NCBI GenBank assembly: GCA_001028815.1
Contig: LDJB01000003.1
Span: 110,850 to 174,849, forward strand
Source of the DNA: Peptococcaceae bacterium 1109
Lineage (GTDB): Bacteria > Bacillota > Limnochordia > Darwinibacteriales > Darwinibacteriaceae
Direction: 5' to 3'
DNA length: 64,000 nt
The position numbers were made by a program, and so were the translations under genes. The notes under the pieces were generated by a model that searched no databases, was not told where the DNA came from, and saw only the letters and a list, made by a program, of their open reading frames with translations. This document shows, in pieces, positions 56,609 through 64,000 of this stretch. The number at the start of each line of letters is the position of its first letter. The stretch's first letter is position 1.

Positions 56609-58302
56609 CTGACGCCCTCCTCTCCGGTAATGCGCTGCGCGCTAGGGCGGATCTGGGCGTGCATGTGAAAAATGCGTCCCACTGTGTAAAAGCCCCGCAC
56701 GATGTTAAAGCTTTCCTCTGAGACAATGTCCATGTCCTGTGGCTCCCCTAGGCCCACTTCCCTTGCGTACTCTCGGAGCTTGCCTAAGGCACGGTCCCTT
56801 GCCTTGCGCTGGTCAAAGAGGGCCGGCCGCTCGATCTCTTGGAAGATTCCCATCTCCGGTATACTCAAACTGCGCAGGGCTGTATCGGCATAGAGAGTAA
56901 GGCCGATGGTGGGCCGGGCCGCGGCTGCGCCAATCGCGTTCGCACTCGCGCTGTGGGGCAGGATCTCCAAAGGCAGCTGGAGCGCCTCTCCCACTGGCCT
57001 CATGAAGGCTGGGGCTGGTGTGCCCAGGCAGGTAATGACCTCCGGCCTCAGGTGCGGGGTTTCTAAGAACTCCGCGAGGGTGTAGACGGGCTGGCCTTCC
57101 AGCTCACCATAGAGCTTGTGGATGGCGGCGCACAATTGGCTGACGAAGGCGTTCACTACTCGCTCCGCGGCCGCCTCCCAGCTCAGCCCTGCTCGAGCCC
57201 CTAACTCCTTTAACGCTCCAACGGCCCGGGAACGATCCCCAAGGGATACCCTTCCCAAGGCGACTACTGCATCGGTTGGGGTGGGCCTTGTGCCGCCAAG
57301 GCAAACAGGGGAGCCTGCCCGGCTGGGGCCGATGCGAAACCTAGTGCCGCCTTCCTCGCTATCTATAATGTGGATCTCGCTATCCCCTCCAAGGCCTATG
57401 GACCGGGAGAGTATGGCAGGCACAGCAGTGGGATACCCCCCAATTACTGCTCCCTCCCGGGCATAAAGGGGCTGGCCTTGTACTATCACTGCGAGATCGG
57501 TGGTAGTACCGCCGATGTCCACAACCACCATGCTTTTCCCTTGATGGGACGTTAAGGCCAGGGCTGCCATGGTGCTGGCTGCGGGCCCAGATAAAATGCT
57601 TTCAATGGGGAGGCTGCGGGATTGGGCGAGGGTCATGGTGCCTCCATCGGCCTTGAGGATGCGCACACTCCCCAAGCCCTCACCAAGGCTCTCCACTGCA
57701 TCCGCGAACTTCCGCTGGGCCTTGGCCACCTGAGAGTTTAGGTGCGCGGTGACCACCCGCCGGGGAAAGCCCAAGCGGGGGGCGGCCTTATGGCCCACAG
57801 ATATGTGAGAGAATTTCAGCTTCCCATTATGTACAGCATCAAGGACAGCTTGCTCTAAACTGGGATTCCGCTGAGAGAATTTTCCAACTATGGCCAGGGC
57901 CTCTGCCCCGCCTCGCTGAGCTTCCCTCGCCGCGGCAGCAGCTTCCTTCGGCTCGCACTCTGCAACCACCCGGCCCCGGTGATCCACGTATCCCGGCAAA
58001 GGAAAAAGGGGAAAATCTAGGCCGTGGAGGCGCAGATCCACCCCTGGCCCGGGGATCACCACCGCGGCAGTGGCGGTTCCCCGCCCTTCCACGATGGTGT
58101 TGGTGGTGAGGGTCGTAGAGAGCTGCAGATTTACAGGGCCCTTTAGAGGACACGCTGCCTTCAGCTCATCTAATACCGCCTTAGTACTGGCCACCAGGTC
58201 CCCGTGGTCTGTGGGTACTTTGGCTACTGCTAAGACTCTGCCCTCGCCAATAACCGTGCCGTCGGTATTTGTTCCCCCAACATCGATCCCGATGGTATAC
58301 AC
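56605..58302 (-). CDS. hydantoinase/oxoprolinase-family protein (HyuA-like, ASKHA fold)
   Basis: MYTIGIDVGGTNTDG N-terminus and a second VVDIGGTTTD motif. GTG start at 58302 with GGAGGT 9 nt upstream, inside the 3' end of purD. Confidence 0.7.
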   Translation of the reverse strand: MYTIGIDVGGTNTDGTVIGEGRVLAVAKVPTDHGDLVASTKAVLDELKAACPLKGPVNLQLSTTLTTNTIVEGRGTATAAVVIPGPGVDLRLHGLDFPLFPLPGYVDHRGRVVAECEPKEAAAAAREAQRGGAEALAIVGKFSQRNPSLEQAVLDAVHNGKLKFSHISVGHKAAPRLGFPRRVVTAHLNSQVAKAQRKFADAVESLGEGLGSVRILKADGGTMTLAQSRSLPIESILSGPAASTMAALALTSHQGKSMVVVDIGGTTTDLAVIVQGQPLYAREGAVIGGYPTAVPAILSRSIGLGGDSEIHIIDSEEGGTRFRIGPSRAGSPVCLGGTRPTPTDAVVALGRVSLGDRSRAVGALKELGARAGLSWEAAAERVVNAFVSQLCAAIHKLYGELEGQPVYTLAEFLETPHLRPEVITCLGTPAPAFMRPVGEALQLPLEILPHSASANAIGAAAARPTIGLTLYADTALRSLSIPEMGIFQEIERPALFDQRKARDRALGKLREYAREVGLGEPQDMDIVSEESFNIVRGFYTVGRIFHMHAQIRPSAQRITGEEGVR

Positions 58303-59570
58303 AGAGTTCCGACCTCCAATCCCTTCAGCCCAATATCTGTGCGGTAGTGGGCTTGGGGAAAACTGATGCGCTCCACCAGGGCATAGGCCCGCTCTCGGGC
58401 AGTCCTAAGATCAGGCCCGAGCGCGCAAGCGCTGAGCACCCGCCCGCCGCTGCTGAGGAGCTGCCCGTCCTTGATGGTGGTCCCCCCGTGGAACACCATC
58501 TCGTAATCCTTCAGGGGCGGCACGGCTAGGGGAATCCCCTGGGCGTATTCTCCTGGATAGCCAGGAGCGGCCATCACAACGCATACCGCTGGGGAAGGGT
58601 CCCACTCAAGGGCCAACTCCTCAAGGCGCCCGTGGGCGCAGGCTTCCAGTACTGCCAGCAAGTCAGATCTGAGGCGAAGCATCAGGGCTTGAGCTTCTGG
58701 ATCTCCAAAGCGCACGTTAAACTCTAATACCTTGGGCCCTGCCGCGGTGATCATCAAGCCAACGAACAATACCCCTGTATAGGGAGTGCCCCGCCTGGCC
58801 ATGGCTTCAAGGAGGGGGCGGACAACTCGGGACAGCGTCTCCTCTTCTAGCTCCTTTGTCCAAAAAGGTGGCGGCGAGTAGGTACCCATACCACCCGTAT
58901 TGGGCCCTTGATCCCCATTGTAAGCCCGTTTGTGATCTTGAACTGCCCCAAGGGGGACAGCAGTGCCGCCGGCACAGAGGCAGAAGAAGCTCACTTCATA
59001 TCCTTCCAAGTATTCTTCAATGACGATCCGCCTCCCTGCCTCCCCCAGTGCCCAAAAGGCCGTATCCACCGCTTGGCACCCCTCCTCGTAGTCTCTAGCG
59101 ATAAACACTCCCTTCCCCGCGGCCAAGCCATCGGCTTTGATAACACAGGGATAGGCCGTGTTTTTGAGAAAGACCTTCGCTGCCTCCCCATCTCCAAATA
59201 CCCGCCACTGAGCTGTGGGGATCCCTGCCTCAGCCATAACTTCCTTCGCGAAGGCCTTACTGCACTCTAACTGGCTTGCGGCAAGGGTTGGGCCGAAAGC
59301 TGGGACCCCCGCGGCCTGAAGAGCGTCTACAAGGCCCATGCTCAGAGGTTCTTCCGAACCCACTACTACAAGGTTGATCCCTTCTGCTACAGCAAAGTCC
59401 ACTAAAGCGGAGATGTGGGTGTGGGAAAGGGAGACGCTCATTTCGGGCACGCCGCCGTTCCCAGGTGCCACCAGGACCGTGGGGCGCGCAGGGCTCTGCT
59501 GAAGCTTCCACGCCAAGGCGTGTTCTCGCGCCCCCTTTCCCACTACCAGCACCTTCTTGCGCATAAGCAT
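58230..59570 (-). CDS. purD: phosphoribosylamine--glycine ligase
   Basis: KVLVVGKGAREHALAWKL, ATP-grasp motifs, HYRTDIG near the C-terminus. Carries a ~30-aa C-terminal tail that overlaps the next gene by 73 bp. Confidence 0.9.
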   Translation of the reverse strand: MLMRKKVLVVGKGAREHALAWKLQQSPARPTVLVAPGNGGVPEMSVSLSHTHISALVDFAVAEGINLVVVGSEEPLSMGLVDALQAAGVPAFGPTLAASQLECSKAFAKEVMAEAGIPTAQWRVFGDGEAAKVFLKNTAYPCVIKADGLAAGKGVFIARDYEEGCQAVDTAFWALGEAGRRIVIEEYLEGYEVSFFCLCAGGTAVPLGAVQDHKRAYNGDQGPNTGGMGTYSPPPFWTKELEEETLSRVVRPLLEAMARRGTPYTGVLFVGLMITAAGPKVLEFNVRFGDPEAQALMLRLRSDLLAVLEACAHGRLEELALEWDPSPAVCVVMAAPGYPGEYAQGIPLAVPPLKDYEMVFHGGTTIKDGQLLSSGGRVLSACALGPDLRTARERAYALVERISFPQAHYRTDIGLKGLEVGTLCIPSGSMLGEQIPTARLLARAES

Positions 59571-59576
59571 CCTCCT

Positions 59577-61097
59577 TTAGTGCTTAAAGTGGCGCCTACC
59601 CGTGAACACCATGATGAGGCCTGCCTTGTCCGCCGCGGCAATTGACTCTTCATCCCGGATGGAACCGCCTGGTTGGATGATAGCCCTGATGCCCGCGGCA
59701 GCGGCAGCCTCCACAGTATCCGGGAAGGGGAAGAAGGCATCGGAGGCGAGGTATGCCCCTTTGGCCTGGGCGTCTGCTTGTTCGAGGGCGATTTCGGCTG
59801 CTCCCACCCGGTTCATCTGGCCTGCTCCTACTCCTAAAGCTTGGCCATTCTTCGCCACTACAATCGCGTTGGATTTGACGTGCTTCACCACTTTCCAGGC
59901 AAACTCTAGTTCCACCCAGTCCTCCGGGCTCGGAGCCTGAGCTGTTACAACCTGCCACGCCTCTCGGCTTGTTGTGCCCACATCCCAGTCTTGGACCAGG
60001 TAGCCTCCATCGATGGTACGGATCTGCTTGGCAGGGCGCCTAGCCCCTCCCATCTTGCCCACAGACAGGAGGCGGAGGTTTTTCTTTTGCTCAAAAACCG
60101 CCCGTGCCTCTAAAGTGAAACCTGGTGCCACAATCACTTCGAAAAAGTGTTTAGCCATTTCCTGGGCTGTGGCCCCGTCCACCACCTGGTTGCACGCGAC
60201 AATCCCGCCAAAGGCAGAGACTGGATCGCCTTGAAGGGCCCGTATGTAGGCCTCTTCCAGGGTATGCCCAACCGCGGCGCCGCACGGGTTGGTGTGCTTA
60301 ACGACAACGCACGCAGGAGCGTCAAACTCCTGAACTGCCGCCCACGCGGCATCAGAATCCATCCAATTGTTGTACGACAGCTCTTTCCCTTGGAGCTGCT
60401 GGCTGCTAGCAAGGGTCCCTTGGCTCTCGCCTACTCGGTAAAGGGCTGCTCGTTGCGAGGGGTTCTCCCCATAGCGCAGGTCTTGAACCTTCTCTGCATC
60501 TTCAAGAGCAAGGAGCTCTTCTTCGCCCAAATAGGCCGCGATTGCTTGGTCATATCGGGCGGTATGGGAAAAAGCTTCCCAGGCAAGGCGCCTGCGCAAA
60601 TCTTGAGGCACCTCCCCTCCCTCCCTAAGTTCGTCCAGGACAGGGCCGTACTGGGCAGGGTTCACAATCACTGTCACCCGCTCGAAGTTCTTCGCGGCGG
60701 CCCGGACCATGGTGGGCCCACCGATGTCGATCTGCTCCACCGCCTCCGCAAGGCAGGCTCCCTTGGCCACCGTTTCCTGGAACGGATAGAGGTTCACCGC
60801 CACCACATGGATCATCCCAATCCCGTGGGCAGCAAGTTCCCCCTCATGATCGGGGATGCCTCGGGCAAGGATGCCCCCGTGGATTTTGGGGTGAAGAGTC
60901 TTAACCCTGCCCCCGAGGATTTCGGGGAACCCTGTCACGTCACTGACAGGAGTGACGGGGACTCCCGCCTGTGTAAGCTCTTTGGCTGTGCCGCCGGTGG
61001 AGATAATCTCATAGCCCAGTTCATGAAGGCCTTGGGCAAATTCCACCACACCAGTTTTGTCCCACACACTGATCAACGCTCGCTTAGCCACGTGCAC
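59577..61097 (-). CDS. purH: bifunctional AICAR transformylase / IMP cyclohydrolase
   Basis: [41 protein letters not shown] is the canonical PurH N-terminus. 506 aa. Confidence 0.95.
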   Translation of the reverse strand: MHVAKRALISVWDKTGVVEFAQGLHELGYEIISTGGTAKELTQAGVPVTPVSDVTGFPEILGGRVKTLHPKIHGGILARGIPDHEGELAAHGIGMIHVVAVNLYPFQETVAKGACLAEAVEQIDIGGPTMVRAAAKNFERVTVIVNPAQYGPVLDELREGGEVPQDLRRRLAWEAFSHTARYDQAIAAYLGEEELLALEDAEKVQDLRYGENPSQRAALYRVGESQGTLASSQQLQGKELSYNNWMDSDAAWAAVQEFDAPACVVVKHTNPCGAAVGHTLEEAYIRALQGDPVSAFGGIVACNQVVDGATAQEMAKHFFEVIVAPGFTLEARAVFEQKKNLRLLSVGKMGGARRPAKQIRTIDGGYLVQDWDVGTTSREAWQVVTAQAPSPEDWVELEFAWKVVKHVKSNAIVVAKNGQALGVGAGQMNRVGAAEIALEQADAQAKGAYLASDAFFPFPDTVEAAAAAGIRAIIQPGGSIRDEESIAAADKAGLIMVFTGRRHFKH

Positions 61098-61683
61098 TTC
61101 TCCTTTCTGGCCTCTCCAGTCCCTCCGCCACTAGCTGAAGCGCCTTTGGATAGAGGCGGTGTTCCGCTTCCAGGATCCGCTCTGAGAGGCTCTCCAATGT
61201 ATCATGGGGGAGTACAGGAACTGCCTCCTGCGAGATAATGGGCCCACTGTCCACCCCTTCGTCCACGAAGTGGACAGTGCAGCCGCTCACCTTCACCCCA
61301 TAGGCTAGGGCTTGGCTCTGGGCATTAAGCCCAGGGAAAGCGGGGAGGAGTGAAGGATGGATGTTAAGGATGGGGCAGCCCAGTGCTTGAATAAACCCCG
61401 GGCTCAGAATTCGCAGATAACCCGCTAAGGCCACAATGTCTACTTCGAGCTCCTGCAGCCACCGGAGGATAGCTGCCTCGTGGGCCCTGCGGTTCTCGTA
61501 CTGCCGGGGCGGAAAAACGGCTGCGGGGATCCCAGCCGCTTCTGCCCTGGCTAAGGCTTGGGCTTCAGGCCGGTCTGAGGCCACCCCCACAATTTCCAAG
61601 GTGAGGGCCCCAGATCGCACTGCCTCAATGATTGCCTGGAGATTGCTGCCCCGCCCGGAAGCAAGGACTGCGAGGCGCTTCAT
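61084..61683 (-). CDS. purN: phosphoribosylglycinamide formyltransferase
   Basis: [15 protein letters not shown], the HxSLLP motif ([10 protein letters not shown]) and the conserved Asp region. Confidence 0.9.
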   Translation of the reverse strand: MKRLAVLASGRGSNLQAIIEAVRSGALTLEIVGVASDRPEAQALARAEAAGIPAAVFPPRQYENRRAHEAAILRWLQELEVDIVALAGYLRILSPGFIQALGCPILNIHPSLLPAFPGLNAQSQALAYGVKVSGCTVHFVDEGVDSGPIISQEAVPVLPHDTLESLSERILEAEHRLYPKALQLVAEGLERPERRSARG

Positions 61684-62690
61684 TTGTACCTCACTCCCTC
61701 CCCTGGCTCCACAGTGCCCAGCACCACTGGGGACTCCCCGGCCTCAGTCAGCGCTGCCCAAGCCGCGGGGCGCTCCTCTGGGCTTACAACCACCGCATAA
61801 CCGATCCCCATGTTGAAGGTGCGATACATCTCAGCGTCTGGGACCTGCCCGAGTTTTTGTATGAGGCGGAAAATGGGGGGCACGTCCCAGGCAGGCTGGA
61901 TAGTAAGGCCAAGCCCTGGAGGGAGTATCCGGGCGATGTTCTCTATAAGGCCCCCGCCGGTGATGTGGGCCATCCCTTTAACCCTCGCCTTACCTAAGAG
62001 CCCAAGGATGGGTTTGACGTATATCCGGGTGGGCCGCAGCAGAGTTTCACCTAAGGGTTCGCCCAGTTCCCTTACTACTGCCCTCAAGTCCTGCCCAGCA
62101 AACACCCGCCGTACCAAGGAGTACCCGTTGCTGTGCAATCCGCTTGAGGAAAGGCCGATCACCACATCCCCCGCAGCGATGCTGCTCCCATCGATAATAT
62201 CCTGGCGGTTAACCACACCCACAGCGAAGCCCGCCACATCATACTCTCCCGGCCGGTAAAAGCCAGGCATTTCCGCTGTTTCGCCCCCTAGAAGGGCGCA
62301 TCCCGCTTCCTTACAGCCTTGAGCCACCCCCTGCACCACTGCCGCGGCTTCGTCAGGGTTCAGCTTACCCACTGCCAGGTAATCTAAGAAAAACAGCGGC
62401 TCGGCCCCGTGGGTGAGGATGTCGTTGACACACATGGCCACAGCGTCGATACCAATGGTGTGGTGCTTGTTTAGGGAAAAGGCCAGCTTGAGTTTTGTCC
62501 CAACCCCATCTGCCCCAGAAACGAGCACTGGGTCAGGGTACTTTCTCAAGTCAAGCTGGAACATGCCGCCAAAACCGCCGATACCTCCCACCAACCCAGG
62601 GCGGGCCGTCTCCCTAACCAGAGGCTTGATAAGCTCCACAACCTTGTTCCCTGCGTCAATATCCACCCCGCTCTCCCGGTAGGTAAGGCT
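61680..62690 (-). CDS. purM: phosphoribosylformylglycinamidine cyclo-ligase (AIR synthetase) domain, read in frame with purF (no start or stop codon at the junction)
   Basis: [22 protein letters not shown] ... is the PurM N-terminus. It follows the PurF C-terminal [10 protein letters not shown] motif directly in the same 754-aa ORF. Confidence 0.8.
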   Translation of the reverse strand, partial: SLTYRESGVDIDAGNKVVELIKPLVRETARPGLVGGIGGFGGMFQLDLRKYPDPVLVSGADGVGTKLKLAFSLNKHHTIGIDAVAMCVNDILTHGAEPLFFLDYLAVGKLNPDEAAAVVQGVAQGCKEAGCALLGGETAEMPGFYRPGEYDVAGFAVGVVNRQDIIDGSSIAAGDVVIGLSSSGLHSNGYSLVRRVFAGQDLRAVVRELGEPLGETLLRPTRIYVKPILGLLGKARVKGMAHITGGGLIENIARILPPGLGLTIQPAWDVPPIFRLIQKLGQVPDAEMYRTFNMGIGYAVVVSPEERPAAWAALTEAGESPVVLGTVEPGEGVRYK

Positions 62691-64000
62691 CTTGGCCTCT
62701 TGGGCAGGGCACTGCCCCGTAAAGCATGCCATGCACACGGGCCTGTCCCCTAAAGCTCGCCGCAGGCCTCCTTCCGAGAGGTAGTGAAGGGAATCTGCAC
62801 CCACGAGCTCCCGGATCTCCTCCACGTCCAGGCGGCTGGCGATAAGGGTTTCCCGCTCGGTGGTATCCATCCCGTAAGGGCAGGGGTGGCGCACTGGGGG
62901 CGAGCTTACTAGGAGGTGTACCTCTGCAGCGCCAGCCCTTTTCACCAGCTCGATTAACTTGGAGCTGGTGGTTCCCCGCACAATGGAGTCGTCCACCATC
63001 ACTACCCTCTTCCCCTTGAGGAAACGTACATTGGCGTTGAGCTTGATCTTCACGGCCACTTCCCGCATGGCTTGGGTGGGTTGGATGAAGGTTCGCCCCA
63101 CGTAGCGGTTCTTCATTAGCCCTTCAGCAAAGGGTATTCCCGAGGCCTCCGCGTAGCCCAGGGCTGCCGCGGTACCTGAATCAGGAACGGGAATCACCAC
63201 GTCCGCCCCGATGGGGTGCTCCCGAAAAAGCTCCCTTCCCATTGCCGCCCGGCTTTCTCCCACGTTGAGTCCATCGATGGAGCTGTCAGGGCGGGCGAAA
63301 TAGACGTACTCAAAGGAGCACGGTGCCAAGGTGTGTGCCTGGGGCCCGCGGTAGGAGGTGAGCCCCGCTGGCCCGATGGCCACCACTTCTCCAGGAGCTA
63401 CGTCTCGGACAAACTCTGCTCCGATGGTATCCAGTGCACAGCTTTCAGAAGCTAGGCAGAAGAACTCTCCCAGCTTGCCGATGCACAGCGGCCTGATCCC
63501 ATGTGGGTCTCGCATGCCCACTACATAATCTTCCGTCATGAACACAATCCCATAGCCTCCCTGGAGCCTGCCCATGACATGCAGCGCGGCCTTAGGCATA
63601 CTCTCCCCAGTGCTTTGGGCCAAGAGGTGAATAACCAGCTCTCCATCACAGGTTGATTGAAAGACTGTCCCCCATCCCGCGAGCTCTGACCGGAGCTGAT
63701 CGCCATTTGCCAGCCTGCCGTTCATGGCCAGAGCAAGCATCCCCCGGCCGCTGTACACCACTAAGGGCTGGATGTTGGCCAGCTGAAATGACTCCCGAGT
63801 GGAATAGCGCACGTGGCCGAGGGCCATTACGGGGCGAGAACCGGGGAAGCTGGCCAAGGCCTGTAACTGATCGCCGCTAAACACCTCACTGACTAAACCC
63901 CCGAGCCTTGTGCACCTGAATTTGACGCCCATCGGACACAGCAATCCCGGCGCTTTCCTGCCCCCGGTGCTGGAGGGCGTAGAGCCCGTAGTAGGTGAGG
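62691..64000 (-). CDS. purF: amidophosphoribosyltransferase; 5' end beyond window, frameshifted near 63898-63908, 3' end fused to purM
   Basis: The frame entering from 64000 reads [37 protein letters not shown]-stop (stop at 63886-63888). The adjacent frame continues GLVSEVF ... through the PRTase and CMACFTG motifs. A C5 run at 63898-63902 sits at the junction. Confidence 0.75.

Noticed and set aside
60147-61238. 363-aa plus-strand ORF
   Set aside because: Antisense to purH/purN, which have unambiguous homology. No motifs of its own.
1-64000. Search for CRISPR repeats, tRNA/rRNA genes, IS elements, integrases and phage genes
   Set aside because: No short regularly spaced direct repeats. 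No intergenic region longer than ~250 bp that could hold a structured RNA gene. No transposase or integrase-like ORFs. The window appears to be core chromosome.

Overview
This is a 64-kb window of a bacterial chromosome with roughly 58-60% GC by eye, GGAGG-type ribosome-binding sites and tightly packed, often overlapping genes, most of them on the minus strand. I found no rRNA, tRNA, CRISPR array, transposase or phage gene.

The window contains:
- a sugar-utilisation operon: CUT1 ABC importer, GH38 alpha-mannosidase-like hydrolase, ROK sugar kinase, mannose-6-phosphate isomerase carrying an unexplained N-terminal domain, and a ROK regulator;
- a TetR plus ABC exporter module;
- an AsnC-aminotransferase-galU-glycerate kinase-GntP operon;
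- a strongly promoted small secreted Gly/Ala-rich peptide paired with a small membrane protein;
- udk, a DJ-1/PfpI protein, a NiaR repressor next to a small membrane transporter, an Fe-S aldo/keto reductase, rmuC (frameshifted), exoD, and ung coupled to a beta-CASP metallo-beta-lactamase RNase fused to a degenerate serine-beta-lactamase-like domain;
- a second sugar locus: galM, GH94 cellobiose phosphorylase, a ROK regulator, CUT1 ABC importer, GH31 and a GH15-like hydrolase;
- a 762-aa highly acidic lipoprotein translationally coupled to an outer-membrane beta-barrel protein, which together with gmhB suggests a diderm envelope;
- aroQ, aroE and pntAA-pntAB-pntB, where pntB carries a tandem duplication of its NADP(H)-binding dIII domain;
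- ddh and a nucleotide-sugar-like cluster: PglF-like dehydratase, APH-like kinase, TIM-barrel isomerase, GNAT;
- the distal part of a purine operon (a fused purF-purM ORF, purN, purH, purD) extended by translationally coupled hydantoinase-like and HDAC-like genes.

Three ORF disruptions or fusions (rmuC, ROK regulator/permease, purF) each coincide with a G/C homopolymer. That pattern suggests systematic homopolymer indel errors in the assembly rather than biology.
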